64,000 nucleotides of DNA from an uncultured Planctomycetota bacterium (GCA_963752285.1 CAVVXN010000003.1:288001-352000), one strand, 5' to 3'. Numbered from the stretch's first letter, positions 49,439 to 59,913 are shown. Translations and numbers: made by a program. Notes: generated by a model not told the origin, from the letters alone.

Positions 49439-49612
49439 ACGTCCCCCGGCGGCGACGCACAAGAAAAACCGCCCGGAAGGGCAGAATCCGTCGGTTTCGA
49501 GGCTCCGGGACGCCCGCTTCACCCCTCCCGGACACCCCCGTCGGGGCCCTTTCGGCTCCTCGTGTCGGTCGCCGCTGATAGGTTTCCTCGGTCTTCCGGG
49601 GCTCGCTCCACC

Positions 49613-51220
49613 ATGGTCGCCTCCTCCGAGATCACCACCGCCGAGCTGGACGTTCGACTCGTCAACGCGTTCGCGCGGCCGTTCGAGAACGCCGTCGCGA
49701 CGGCCAGGACCTGCTACTCCTCGCGGGGCATCGTGACCGAGGACGAGGTGTCGGGGAGACCGGACCTCTCGGAGGAGGACCGGGCCCGGAAGGCGGAGGT
49801 CCGCGACCGGATCGCGCGGTCGGTCTACGAGGCCGGACACCACACGACCCTCCAGCACGCGCACTTCCAGTTCGCCCTGAGCGGGGTGTCGCGGCAGTTC
49901 CTGTGGACCTTTCTCCACAGCCACCCCTTCTACAACTCGGAGCAGGTATCCCAGCGGTACGTGACCGTGAAGCCGGAGCACGTGGTGCTCCCGCCGCTGG
50001 AGGGGGAGGCCCGCGCGGTCTTCCTGGACCGCGTCCAGGGCCAGATGGCCGAGTACCGGGACCTGATCGAGCGCCTCGTGCCGGTCGCGGGTCGGGCCTA
50101 CTTCGCGCGCTTCCGGGCCCGCGCCCGGCGCCCCGAGCGGTACGAGAAGGAGATCCGGAAACGAGCGCAGGAGGTGGCCCGGTACGTCCTGCCCCTCGCG
50201 ACGGCGGCGTACCTCTATCACACCGTGAGCGGCCTCACGCTGCTCCGGTACTGGAGGCTCGCCGAGACGTACGACGCCCCGTTCGAGCAGCGCCGCGTGA
50301 TCGGGCGCATGGTCGATCTCCTGCTCGAGGCCGACCCGCTGTTCGGGCGGATCCTCGAGGAGCCCCTTCCGATCGAGGAGACCCCGGAGCACGCGTTCTA
50401 CCTGGCCGCCGGTCTCGGCGACGCCGGGGCGCCTCGCGAGCGCGACCAGTGGGCGGCCGAGTTCGACCAGGCGCTCGGCGGTCGTGTGAGCCGTCTCGTG
50501 GACCACAAGACGCGGAACGAGGAGACCGTGGCGCAGGCCGTGCGCGACGTATTCGGCGTCCCGTCGGCCCGGCTCTCGGACGACGAGGCGATCGACCTCG
50601 CGCTCGACCCGGCGAGGAACCGGATCCTCGGCGAGACGATGAACGTCACGACGCTCGACAAGCTGTCGCGGGCGCTCGTCCACGCGACCTACACGTTCCG
50701 GAAGCGCCTGTCCCACACCGCCGACAGCCAGGACCAGCGACACCGGATGACGCCCGCCTCGCGGCCCTGCCTCCGCGCCTACCTGTCGGACGCGCCCGAC
50801 GTCGTGACGCCGCGCCTGGTCCTCGAGGACGAGGGCTGCCGCCGGGCGTTCGAGGAGAGCATCGCGCGGACGTGGGAGGCGCTGGGTCGCCTCTCCGCGC
50901 TCGGCGCGCCGGACGAGATGCGCGCCTACCTCCTCCCGAACGCCGTCGCCCTCCGGTTCACCGAGTCGAGTGACCTCCTCAACCTGCACCACAAGCTCAA
51001 GATGCGGCTCTGCTACAACGCGCAGGAGGAGATCTGGCGCGCGAGTCGGGACGAGGCGGAGGAGGTCGTCCGCGTGAACCCGCGCCTCGGCCGCCACCTC
51101 CTCCCGCCGTGCACGCTGCGCCACCGCGCGGGCCGCGCGCCGATCTGTCCGGAGGGGACGCGCTACTGCGGCGTCCGCGTCTGGACGCTCGCGCCATCGG
51201 AGTGGGAGCGCGGGATCTGA
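49613..51220 (+). CDS. thyX: FAD-dependent thymidylate synthase with tandem Thy1 domains
   Basis: AARTCYS-like start, GHHTTLQH, SQRY and QEVARYVLP motifs. The second domain has QRHR, YLLPNA, LNLHHKLKMRLCYNAQEEI and CPEG. Confidence 0.9.
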   Translation: MVASSEITTAELDVRLVNAFARPFENAVATARTCYSSRGIVTEDEVSGRPDLSEEDRARKAEVRDRIARSVYEAGHHTTLQHAHFQFALSGVSRQFLWTFLHSHPFYNSEQVSQRYVTVKPEHVVLPPLEGEARAVFLDRVQGQMAEYRDLIERLVPVAGRAYFARFRARARRPERYEKEIRKRAQEVARYVLPLATAAYLYHTVSGLTLLRYWRLAETYDAPFEQRRVIGRMVDLLLEADPLFGRILEEPLPIEETPEHAFYLAAGLGDAGAPRERDQWAAEFDQALGGRVSRLVDHKTRNEETVAQAVRDVFGVPSARLSDDEAIDLALDPARNRILGETMNVTTLDKLSRALVHATYTFRKRLSHTADSQDQRHRMTPASRPCLRAYLSDAPDVVTPRLVLEDEGCRRAFEESIARTWEALGRLSALGAPDEMRAYLLPNAVALRFTESSDLLNLHHKLKMRLCYNAQEEIWRASRDEAEEVVRVNPRLGRHLLPPCTLRHRAGRAPICPEGTRYCGVRVWTLAPSEWERGI

Positions 51221-51227
51221 CCCGTCA

Positions 51228-51333
51228 GGCGGGGACGCCCACCGTGGCGTCGTGGGCGGGTACGCCCACCGTGGCGTCATGGGCGGGGACGCCCACCGTG
51301 GCGTCGCGGGCGGGGACGCGGACCCTGGCGACG
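51228..51333. repeat. 27-bp tandem repeat (3 copies plus a degenerate fourth) with internal palindrome
   Basis: GGCGGGGACGCCCACCGTGGCGTCGTG at 51228, 51255 and 51282, with a degenerate copy at 51309. It starts 7 nt after the thyX stop. Confidence 0.9.
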
Positions 51334-51770
51334 GAGGAGGTCGGGCCGGGCCCTTGCGGGCCCGGCCCCCACACCACGAGGGGAGCCTGGGGAGGGTTGG
51401 GCAGGAGGAGGGAGGTTGGCTCAACCCCCGCTGATGCACACTTTCATACGCCGGGGACGGCCGGGAGTTGGAGCCGCAGGACGGTTTTTTGCTAGGCTGC
51501 CGAAACCCGTTGGGCCGGAACGACTTGTGCCGTCGGAGCCGGGTGGGGGCGGCCGGGCCCGCGAGGCCTTCTCGCGCCGCGCTCTCGCCGCCGCGCGGGG
51601 CGGCTCGCGCCGTGCCGCGGCCCTCGGCGGGGTCCCCGGCCGGGCCCCTCCCGCCCCTCCCCGACCGGCCCGCCGGGGACGAGGCTCCGGGGACTGTCCC
51701 CGGGGGGGCCTAGACTCCTGCCCCCAAGGCGGAGGAGGCCTTGGGGACGAGCGCGGGCCTCCCCTCGGGC

Positions 51771-51817
51771 CCACGATCGGTTGTGGCGAGATCGAGGGCT
51801 TCCACGAGATATAGTGG
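51771..51817 (+). promoter_or_regulatory. Tandem NrdR boxes upstream of nrdJ
   Basis: CCACGATCGGTTGTGG (51771-51786) and CCACGAGATATAGTGG (51802-51817) are 31 bp apart and resemble the consensus acaCwAtATaTwGtgt. Confidence 0.75.
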
Positions 51818-51997
51818 TTCAGGTCGGCCTCCAGCTCCGGAGCGCGCGGGCCCCCGACGCGGGCCTCCCCTTCCGGTCCGAGGCGGCCGGCCCGCCCCGA
51901 AGGAAGACCCCCGGACGGTAGTTCCCGGACAGCCGGTCGGCGAGGCGCGCGCTCGAGGAGGGGTGCCCGCGCCCCGCCGACCCGAGAAGGAGTGGGC

Positions 51998-54900
51998 ATG
52001 CGGATCCCGCGTCGGTTCACGGTGGCCGGGAAGGACCCCTACGAGGGCCTCGAGTGGGTGGAGCGGACCTCCCAGATCCGGAATCCCGACGGGACGGTCG
52101 TGTTCCACCTCGACCGCGTCCGGGTCCCGTCGGGTTGGTCCTCCGTGGCGACCGACGTCCTCGCGCAGAAGTACTTCCGGCGGGCCGGCGTGCCCCAGGG
52201 CGAGGGCGCCGAGGCCCCGGGCGGGCTCGGCGGCGAGAGCGACGCCCGTCAGGTGTTCCACCGCCTCGCGGGCTGCTGGACCCACTGGGGCCGACGCTAC
52301 GGCTACTTCGACGGCGAGGACGACGCGAAGGCCTTCTACGACGAGCTCGTCCGGATGCTCGCCGACCAGCGCGCGGCTCCGAACAGCCCCCAGTGGTTCA
52401 ACACCGGTCTCCACTTCGCGTACGGCATCGACGGCCCCCCGCAGGGCCACCACTACGTGGACCCCGAGACGGGCCGACTCCACAAGAGCAAGAGCGCGTA
52501 CGAGCGTCCGCAGCCGCACGCTTGCTTCATCCAGCGGGTCGAGGACGACCTCGTGGGCCCGGGCGGGATCATGGACCTGTGGGTGCGCGAGGGGCGCCTC
52601 TTCAAGTACGGGTCGGGCACCGGGACGAACTTCAGCGCGCTCCGCGCCGAGGCGGAGCCGCTCTCGGGCGGCGGGAAGTCGTCCGGGCTCATGTCGTTCC
52701 TGAAGATCGGCGACCGCGCCGCGGGCGCCATCAAGTCGGGCGGGACGACGCGCCGGGCCGCGAAGATGGTCTGCCTCGACGTGGACCACCCGGACATCGA
52801 GGCCTTCATCGACTGGAAGGTGATCGAGGAGCAGAAGGTCGCCGCGCTCGTGAGCGGCTCCCGCATGCTCGCCCGGTGCCTCGACGCCGTGATGGCGGCC
52901 TGCCACGCGGGGCCCGACGCCGACACGCGGTTCGACCCGAAGCAGAACCGTCGTCTCGCGGACGCGATGCGCGACGCGCGGCGTTCGATGGTCCCGGCGA
53001 GCTACGTGCAGCGCGCCATCGCGCTCGCCGGCCAGGGGCACACCTCCATCGAGATCCCGACGTACACGACGGACTGGGACGGCGAGGCCTACCTGACCGT
53101 CTCGGGCCAGAACAGCAACAACTCCGTCCGACTCTCGAACGGGTTCATGCAGGCCGTCCGCGACCAGGCGCCGTGGCCGCTGATCCGTCGGACCGACGGC
53201 GAGGTCGCCGACACGGTCCCCGCGCGACGGCTGTGGGACAAGATCGCGTACAGCGCGTGGGCCTGCGCCGACCCGGGCGTGCAGTTCGACACGACGATCA
53301 ACGAGTGGCACACGTGTCCGAGGGACGGGCGCATCAACGCGTCGAACCCGTGCTCCGAGTACATGTTCCTCGACGACACGGCGTGCAACCTCGCCAGCCT
53401 GAACCTCGTCACCTTCCTCGACCCCGCGACGGGGCGCTTCGACGTCGAGGGCTACCGCCACGCGATCCGGCTGTGGACGATCGTTCTCGAGATCTCCGTG
53501 CTGATGGCCCAGTATCCGAGTCGCGAGATCGCCCGACGCTCGTACGTGTACCGCACGCTCGGTCTCGGGTACGCGAACGTCGGATCGCTCCTGATGCGCC
53601 TCGGGATCCCCTACGACTCCGACGAGGGACGCGCGTGGACGGGCGCGCTCACGGCGATCCTCACCGGCGAGGCGTACGCGACCTCGGCCGAGATGGCCGG
53701 CCGGCTCGGGCCCTTCGAGGCGTTCGGGCGAAACCGCGAGGACATGCTCCGGGTCATGCGCAACCACCGCCGCGCCGCGTACCACGCGACGAAGGGCGAG
53801 TACGAGGGCCTGACCGTGGCCCCGCAGGGCCTCGACCCGACCCACGTCCCCGAGGACCTGCTCTACGCCGCCCGCGACGCGTGGGACCGCGCGCTCGATC
53901 TGGGCGAGCGTCACGGGTACCGCAACGCGCAGACGACCGTGGTGGCGCCCACCGGCACGATCGGGCTGGTGATGGACTGCGACACGACGGGCATCGAGCC
54001 GGACTTCGCGCTCGTGAAGTTCAAGAAGCTCGCGGGAGGTGGGTACTTCCGGATCATCAACGGTGCGGTGCCCGCCGCGCTCGCGCGTCTGGGCTACGCG
54101 AAGAGCCAGATCGACGACATCGTCCGGTACGTGAAGGGCAGCGGCACGCTCGTGGGCGCCCCCGAGATCGACGACCAGGCGCTCCGGCGCCGGGGCTTCG
54201 ACGACGAGGCGATCTCGAAGATCGAGGCCCAGCTCCCCGCGGCCTTCGACGTGGGCTTCGTGATCAACCGCTGGTCGCTCGGCGACGCGTTCCTCCGCGA
54301 CCGCCTCGGGATCGCGCCCGAGGTCTTCGAGGCGCCCGACTTCGACCTGCTCCGCCACCTCGGGTTCACGAAGGACCAGGTCCGACGCGCGAACGACGCG
54401 ATCTGCGGCACCATGACCGTGGAGGGGGCCCCGCACCTCCGGGACGAGCACCTCCCCGTCTTCGACTGCGCGTCCAAGTGCGGCCGGTACGGCAAGCGCT
54501 CGATCCACTGGATGGGGCACATCCGGCAGATGGCCGCGGCGCAGCCGTTCGTCTCCGGGGCGATCTCGAAGACGATCAACATGCCCAACGAGGCCCTGGT
54601 GGAGGACGTCGAACACGCGTACGAGACGTCCTGGCGCTCGATGCTGAAGGCCCTGGCCCTCTACCGGGACGGCTCGAAGCTGAGCCAGCCGCTGAACGCC
54701 GTGACCGACGACGACGACGACGCCGACCTCGCGGGGTCGGCGGAGACGCCGACCGCAGGGGGGAAGGTCGCCGAGGTGGCCCGCCAGGTCGCGGAGCGCG
54801 CGGTCGTCCGCTATCTCCGCGAGCGTCGCCGCCTCCCCTCGCGCCGGGGCGGGTACACCCAGAAGGCCACGGTCGGCGGCCACAAGGTCTACCTCCGGAC

Positions 54901-55747
54901 GGGCGAGTACGCGGACGGTCAGCTCGGCGAGATCTTCATCGACATGCACAAGGAGGGCGCGGCCTTCCGGAGCCTCATGAACTGCTTCGCGATCGCCGTG
55001 TCGCTGGGTCTCCAGTACGGCGTTCCCCTCGAGGAGTTCGCGGACGCGTACGTCTTCACGCGGTTCGAGCCGAACGGGATCGTGGACGGCAACGACCGGA
55101 TCAAGCTCTCCACGTCGATCATCGACTACATCTTCCGCGAGCTCGCCATCACGTACCTCGACCGCAAGGACCTCGCCCAGGTCACGAGCGAGGACCTCCA
55201 GCCGGACGTCGTTCGCCGGGACCCGGGGTCGGGCGGCGAGGAGCCGGCCGAGGGCGAGGAGCGCCCCGTGGAGGCCGAGACCGCGGAGGGCGAGCCCGTG
55301 GAGGCGCGGCCCGTGCCGAGGGTTTTCGCGCCGGAGACGATCCACCCGGTGAGCCGGGGCCTCGCGGGCGAGAACGGCCGGGCAGGGAACGGGAACGGGA
55401 ACGGGAACGGGAACGGCAAGAGCAACGGCAACGGCCACGCACACGGGAGCGGGCACGAGTCCGGCGGCGGCGCGGTCCCCGTCACGCCCGGACGGGAAGA
55501 CGTCGTCGCCGACGCGACCGCGCGGGTCCGCGGGTTCGCCCTCACCCCCGCGGGCGAGGCGGCGCGCGCCGCCGTGACGACCCCCGCCACGAACGGGCGA
55601 CGCGTGACGCTCTCCCACCAGGCCGTCCAGGCCCGGCTGAAGGGCTACACGGGCGACGCGTGCTCCGAGTGCGGCTCGTTCACGATGGTCCGGAACGGGT
55701 CGTGCCTCAAGTGCGACACGTGCGGCGGCACGAGCGGCTGCTCGTGA
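51998..55747 (+). CDS. nrdJ: Class II (adenosylcobalamin-dependent) ribonucleotide reductase
   Basis: [39 protein letters not shown] and ISKTINMP motifs, a TSCPD-type domain, and a C-terminal CSECG...[21 protein letters not shown]. Confidence 0.97.
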   Translation: MRIPRRFTVAGKDPYEGLEWVERTSQIRNPDGTVVFHLDRVRVPSGWSSVATDVLAQKYFRRAGVPQGEGAEAPGGLGGESDARQVFHRLAGCWTHWGRRYGYFDGEDDAKAFYDELVRMLADQRAAPNSPQWFNTGLHFAYGIDGPPQGHHYVDPETGRLHKSKSAYERPQPHACFIQRVEDDLVGPGGIMDLWVREGRLFKYGSGTGTNFSALRAEAEPLSGGGKSSGLMSFLKIGDRAAGAIKSGGTTRRAAKMVCLDVDHPDIEAFIDWKVIEEQKVAALVSGSRMLARCLDAVMAACHAGPDADTRFDPKQNRRLADAMRDARRSMVPASYVQRAIALAGQGHTSIEIPTYTTDWDGEAYLTVSGQNSNNSVRLSNGFMQAVRDQAPWPLIRRTDGEVADTVPARRLWDKIAYSAWACADPGVQFDTTINEWHTCPRDGRINASNPCSEYMFLDDTACNLASLNLVTFLDPATGRFDVEGYRHAIRLWTIVLEISVLMAQYPSREIARRSYVYRTLGLGYANVGSLLMRLGIPYDSDEGRAWTGALTAILTGEAYATSAEMAGRLGPFEAFGRNREDMLRVMRNHRRAAYHATKGEYEGLTVAPQGLDPTHVPEDLLYAARDAWDRALDLGERHGYRNAQTTVVAPTGTIGLVMDCDTTGIEPDFALVKFKKLAGGGYFRIINGAVPAALARLGYAKSQIDDIVRYVKGSGTLVGAPEIDDQALRRRGFDDEAISKIEAQLPAAFDVGFVINRWSLGDAFLRDRLGIAPEVFEAPDFDLLRHLGFTKDQVRRANDAICGTMTVEGAPHLRDEHLPVFDCASKCGRYGKRSIHWMGHIRQMAAAQPFVSGAISKTINMPNEALVEDVEHAYETSWRSMLKALALYRDGSKLSQPLNAVTDDDDDADLAGSAETPTAGGKVAEVARQVAERAVVRYLRERRRLPSRRGGYTQKATVGGHKVYLRTGEYADGQLGEIFIDMHKEGAAFRSLMNCFAIAVSLGLQYGVPLEEFADAYVFTRFEPNGIVDGNDRIKLSTSIIDYIFRELAITYLDRKDLAQVTSEDLQPDVVRRDPGSGGEEPAEGEERPVEAETAEGEPVEARPVPRVFAPETIHPVSRGLAGENGRAGNGNGNGNGNGKSNGNGHAHGSGHESGGGAVPVTPGREDVVADATARVRGFALTPAGEAARAAVTTPATNGRRVTLSHQAVQARLKGYTGDACSECGSFTMVRNGSCLKCDTCGGTSGCS
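55385..55414 (+). repeat. In-frame (GGGAAC)x5 microsatellite encoding (Gly-Asn)5 in the nrdJ linker
   Basis: Direct reading of the sequence. Confidence 0.9.
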
Positions 55748-55878
55748 GGCAGGCGGAGCCACCATCGGGGGGGCGGGGAGGCCGGGGCGCGCGAGGCGAC
55801 GTGGTAGCATTCGCGCCCTGGCGCGCCGGCCTCGCGGTGCCCGACGGTGCGACCCCGTCCGGAGAGCAGGACCTCGGC

Positions 55879-57060
55879 ATGTCCGTTCCTCGCGTGCTCA
55901 TCGTGAGCTCCTCCGCGGGGCACGGCCACGTCATGGCGGCCCACGCGCTGTCCGCCGCGCTGCGGCGCCGGCACCCCGTGCTCGACGTGACCGAGGTGGA
56001 CTGCCTGCGGTTGATGGCGCGGTGGTTCGGGAAGACGTACCGGATCGTCTACCTGGGGATGGCGGACCGCGCGCCGACCGCCTGGCGCGTCCTCTACGAG
56101 TCCACCGACCGGCAGACCTCGCAGGGGGGGCACGGGCTCGCGCGCTTCGCGGGGCGCCCGTTGATCCGGGCCTGCCTGCGCTGGAAGCCCCACGTCGTCC
56201 TGGCCACGCACTTCCTCGCGCCCGAGATCCTCACGCCGGCGATCCTGGCGGGGAAGCTCGACACGCGCCTCCACCTCGTCATTACCGATCACGACGTCCA
56301 CCGGATGTGGCACTGGCCGGTCGTCCACCGCTACTACGTCGCGTCGGAGCTCGTGAAGGCCCGCCTCTCCCTTCGTTTCGGCGTGCCTGAGGAGAAGGTG
56401 CTCGTCACGGGCATCCCCGTGCGCCGGCCGTTCACGCAGCCGGTGGACGTGGACCGGGTCCGCGCCCGCTACGCGCTCGACCCGCGGCGGCCCGTGGTGC
56501 TCTTCATGTCGGGCGGGTTCGCCGCCGGGCCGATCCGCCAGTCGATCCTCGGACTCTGGCTGGAGCGCCGCGACGTCCAGGTGATCGCGGTCACGGCCCG
56601 GAACACGCGCCTCAAGCGGGCGATCGAGCGCCTGCCCCGGCCCGAGGGCGCGACGCTCCACGTGCTCGGCTTCGTGGACCGCCCCTGGGAGCTCATCGCC
56701 GCCGCCGACCTGGTCGTGACGAAGAGCGGCGGCATCACGACCGCGGAGTGCCTCGCGCTCGGGAAGCCGATGCTCCTCTCCACCGGGATCCCCGGCCAGG
56801 AGGAGCGAAACGCCGACGCGCTCGTCGAGGCCGGCGCCGCCTTCAAGGCCCCGACGTCGGAGGAGATCCGCTGGCGCACCGTGCGCCTCCTCGACGACCC
56901 CGCGAAGCTCCTCGCCATGTCCCGCGCCGCCCGCGCGTTCGCCCGCAGCGACGCCGCCGACGTGATCGCCGACCGCGTGGCGGAGGAGGTGGAGGAGCCG
57001 ATCGTCTACGGCCCGCACTTCCACGGCGCGCGCGGCCCCTCCCGCGTCCTCGGCGGCTGA
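55879..57060 (+). CDS. MGDG synthase / UgtP-like diacylglycerol glycosyltransferase (GT28)
   Basis: SAGHGH..AA.AL, THFL, VITD, VTGIPVR, TKSGGITTAE and IPGQEERNA motifs. Confidence 0.9.
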   Translation: MSVPRVLIVSSSAGHGHVMAAHALSAALRRRHPVLDVTEVDCLRLMARWFGKTYRIVYLGMADRAPTAWRVLYESTDRQTSQGGHGLARFAGRPLIRACLRWKPHVVLATHFLAPEILTPAILAGKLDTRLHLVITDHDVHRMWHWPVVHRYYVASELVKARLSLRFGVPEEKVLVTGIPVRRPFTQPVDVDRVRARYALDPRRPVVLFMSGGFAAGPIRQSILGLWLERRDVQVIAVTARNTRLKRAIERLPRPEGATLHVLGFVDRPWELIAAADLVVTKSGGITTAECLALGKPMLLSTGIPGQEERNADALVEAGAAFKAPTSEEIRWRTVRLLDDPAKLLAMSRAARAFARSDAADVIADRVAEEVEEPIVYGPHFHGARGPSRVLGG

Positions 57061-57142
57061 GAGCCCGCGTCCGGCCCCGACCCTCGGCCGAATGTGAAGG
57101 GCGACCGTCATGCCGGCCCGGGCTTCGGGTCGATAGGACGCC

Positions 57143-58798
57143 GTGCGAACACCCGCCCGCCCCTGGTTCCACGCGCGCGTCGTGGTGCCGCTGACGGGAC
57201 GCGAACCTCTCCTCGGGAGGCTCGCGACCCGCCTCACCGGACTCGGTCCGGGCTGGGGCCAGGTCCGTCTCGTCGGACCGCGCGGCGCCGGCGCCACGCG
57301 GATCCTCGTCGAGGCGCTCCGAAACCAGTTCCCGCCCGCCGGCGTCGCCGGCCCCCTCTTCGTGGGCCTCGCGCCGGCCGACGCGCCACCGCTCGAGCCG
57401 CTGCGCCGCGCGCTCGAGCGACGCCTCGCGGCCACGACCCGGCAAGAGGCCCGGGTTCGTCTCGAGGACGCCCTCGACCACGACGTGCCCCTCTCGGGTC
57501 GCGCGCTCCGTTGGATCTACGACGGTCCCGGCGCGGGCGCCGTCGCTCCCGAGCCGGACCTCGTCCATCGACTCCTGCGCGGGCTCGTGCCCTCGGGCCC
57601 CCTCATCGCCGAGGACCTCGAACGGCTCGACCCGCTCACCACGAGCGTGCTCCTCGCGGAGTCGGGGCCGGACGGCCTCGGCCTGCTCGCCGTCTCGAGC
57701 GGACCCGAGTCGGGGGACCTCTCGCACTGGCCGATCCCGCCGCTCGGCGCCGCCCAGGTGGACCTGCTGCTCCGGCGCTGGCTCCGCCACCCGATCACCG
57801 CGCGACGCCTCGCCCCGGTGGTCCAGGACCTCTACGAAGGATGGCCCGCCCGCACCGTGCGCGCGCTGCGGGATCTCGGTCGCGCGGGCGCGCTCGTCCG
57901 CGAGCGGCGCGGCGTCGCGATCCAGGTCTGGCCGCTCCCCTGGCCGCCCCGCTCCGGCGCGCCCGCCGACTTCACGGAGTTCTCGACGGGCCTCCCGCCC
58001 GCGGAGCGCGCCGTGCTCGATGTCGGCGCCCTCGCCGCGGAGGAGGGCGACGCCGGGATCCTCTCCGGCGCGGCCGGCGTGAAGCCCCACGTCGTCGAAG
58101 ACCTGCGCGCGGAGGTCGCGGAGCGATGGCCGTGCGCCGGCGGCGACCTGTTCCCGTCCCGCGCCGAGCGCCTCGCGTACGCCCGGTCCCTGGACGCCCG
58201 GACGCGCCGCCGCGCCGCGGAGCGACTGCTCGCGGCCTGGTCGCGTCGGCCCGGCGCCCGCGATCGCGGCGCGCGCGACGCGATCGCGCGCCTCGAGGTC
58301 GCCGCGGAGGCGGGCTCCCGCGAGGACGTGAAGCGCGCGGCGGCGAACCTCGCCGCGTTCGACGTGGACCGCGCGGCCCTTGGCGACGAGCTGCGGGCGC
58401 TGCTGAGCCCCGCCCCGCGACCGGCGGGGGCCCCGGCGGCCCCGGGGCTCGCGCGTGCCCGCGCGTACCTGCTCGCTGGCGACGTCCGCGCCGCCTCCGA
58501 GACGTTCGACGCGGTGGCCGCGAACGAGGCCGTGCCGATTCCGGTGCGCGTGGAGGCGCTCGCGCGGCTCGCCCACGCGCGGCTCCGCGTGGGGGACGAG
58601 GCCGGCGCACGCCGCGCCGCGCGCCGGGCCTCCGCCCTGCTCGAGGCCCTCGGGCGCGGGCCGGGCGAGGACCGGCGGCTCCACCGCATCCTCGCGGCCG
58701 CGTGGGGCTGGCTCGGAGAGCCGGGACCGGCGGCCCGGCACCGCCACGCCTCGCGTCGCCGGTCCCGCCGCGACGGAACGGTGAAGGTCGTCGTTTAG
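57143..58798 (+). CDS. Degenerate STAND/AAA-like protein with helical C-terminus
   Basis: LTGRE.LL, LVGPRGAGAT (Walker A without Lys), LIAEDLERLD.LT (Walker B-like), IPPL and G.P motifs. Confidence 0.55.
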   Translation: MRTPARPWFHARVVVPLTGREPLLGRLATRLTGLGPGWGQVRLVGPRGAGATRILVEALRNQFPPAGVAGPLFVGLAPADAPPLEPLRRALERRLAATTRQEARVRLEDALDHDVPLSGRALRWIYDGPGAGAVAPEPDLVHRLLRGLVPSGPLIAEDLERLDPLTTSVLLAESGPDGLGLLAVSSGPESGDLSHWPIPPLGAAQVDLLLRRWLRHPITARRLAPVVQDLYEGWPARTVRALRDLGRAGALVRERRGVAIQVWPLPWPPRSGAPADFTEFSTGLPPAERAVLDVGALAAEEGDAGILSGAAGVKPHVVEDLRAEVAERWPCAGGDLFPSRAERLAYARSLDARTRRRAAERLLAAWSRRPGARDRGARDAIARLEVAAEAGSREDVKRAAANLAAFDVDRAALGDELRALLSPAPRPAGAPAAPGLARARAYLLAGDVRAASETFDAVAANEAVPIPVRVEALARLAHARLRVGDEAGARRAARRASALLEALGRGPGEDRRLHRILAAAWGWLGEPGPAARHRHASRRRSRRDGTVKVVV

Positions 58799-58851
58799 CA
58801 GAGGGGCCCGTCTCCCTCGACCTCGCGGTCGGGAGCCCCCCGGAACGACCG

Positions 58852-59913
58852 ATGCGCGCTCCGCTCCTCTCGCTCTCCCTCCTCGTCGCTCTCGCCCTCG
58901 GTGCCGCGGCCGCGGCCCGCGCGGACGACGTCCCCGGGTTTCTCGTGCGCCACGCGGCGGACCCCTACCAGGTCGCGCGCGGTCCGATCGAGGTGCGCGA
59001 CGAGTACATGCCTGCCCAGGTCCGCCTCACCCTCCCGGCGACGACGCCCGACCCGCTCGGCTGCGGGTGCTGGCGGGCGACCTTCCAGGTGGACTGGGGG
59101 AACGACTTCACGTTCAACCAGGAAGGGCCGGCGGAGAGCCCCTTCGCCGACCGCCACTTCATCGTGGACGGCGAGCACCGCACGTTCGCGCTGAGCGTGG
59201 AGCGTGGCGTGCGACCCGACCTCGACGTCGGCGTCCGCGTCCCGATCCACTGGCGGGGCGGCGGCATGCTCGACTCGATCATCGACTGGTGGCACCGGTG
59301 GACCGGGACGGCCGACAACGCGCGCCCGTTCTTCGATCGGGACCGCTACCGGGTCGAGGGCTCGAGCTCGTCGGGGCGTAGCTTCGACTGGGACGGCGAG
59401 CGCGGGATCGGCCTCGGCAACGTGGAGGCCTGGGTCCGCTACGCCTTTCGCCGTCCCGCCCGGCGTTCGGACTGGCGCGCGGCGCTCGTCGGCCGGCTCT
59501 CCGTGCCCACCGGCACCGGTCCGTTCGAGACCGGGAGCGTGGACCTCGGCGCCCAGGTGGTCGCCGCCAAGCAGCTTCGCCGCAGGTGGGACGTGTACAT
59601 GGGCCTCGGCGGGACGTGGTTCTCGAAGGAGGAGATCCGCGGCTGGCGCTACGAGCACGTCCGCGCCGCGGCGTTCCTCGCCGCCGAGTGGCGTTTCCTG
59701 CCCACGATGAGCCTCCTCGTGCAGAGCGACGCGGCCAGCCGTCTCGTCACGGACGTCCGCGACCACCCGGGCCTCGAGTGGTACGCCGAGGTCGGCGTGA
59801 AGTGGGACGTCTGCCGCCCTGCGCGCGTGTTCGTGGGCTTCACCGAGAACATCATCGACCAGGAGTCCACGCTCGACGTCGGCTTCTGGGCGGGCATCGA
59901 GACGCGCTTCTGA
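58852..59913 (+). CDS. Outer-membrane beta-barrel-like protein (DUF3187-like)
   Basis: Signal peptide, VDGE, GGGMLDS.IDWWH, G.G..., VPTG....TGSVDLG, TEN and a terminal Phe. Confidence 0.75.
   Translation: MRAPLLSLSLLVALALGAAAAARADDVPGFLVRHAADPYQVARGPIEVRDEYMPAQVRLTLPATTPDPLGCGCWRATFQVDWGNDFTFNQEGPAESPFADRHFIVDGEHRTFALSVERGVRPDLDVGVRVPIHWRGGGMLDSIIDWWHRWTGTADNARPFFDRDRYRVEGSSSSGRSFDWDGERGIGLGNVEAWVRYAFRRPARRSDWRAALVGRLSVPTGTGPFETGSVDLGAQVVAAKQLRRRWDVYMGLGGTWFSKEEIRGWRYEHVRAAAFLAAEWRFLPTMSLLVQSDAASRLVTDVRDHPGLEWYAEVGVKWDVCRPARVFVGFTENIIDQESTLDVGFWAGIETRF

Noticed and set aside
51228..51333. CRISPR array
   Set aside because: The units are directly adjacent with no unique spacers, and there are no cas genes in the window.
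51334..51997. Cobalamin riboswitch upstream of nrdJ
   Set aside because: The B12-box and GGGAA/GCCACTG core motifs are not recognisable. NrdR boxes explain the regulation better.
51710..55810. 1366-aa antisense ORF, and similar long ORFs such as 62-2407, 3225-7106, 11601-15158, 30210-34154, 34049-37330 and 60992-63991
   Set aside because: These are shadow frames of real genes. Stop codons are rare at this GC content and the translations are Arg/Gly/Pro-rich with no motifs.
52054..57060. 1668-aa ORF as one protein (likewise 20868-24830, 20134-23196, 35824-38937, 25628-28450 and 57094-59913)
   Set aside because: Only the C-terminal part of each is a real gene with its own start. The upstream part overlaps another gene in a different frame.
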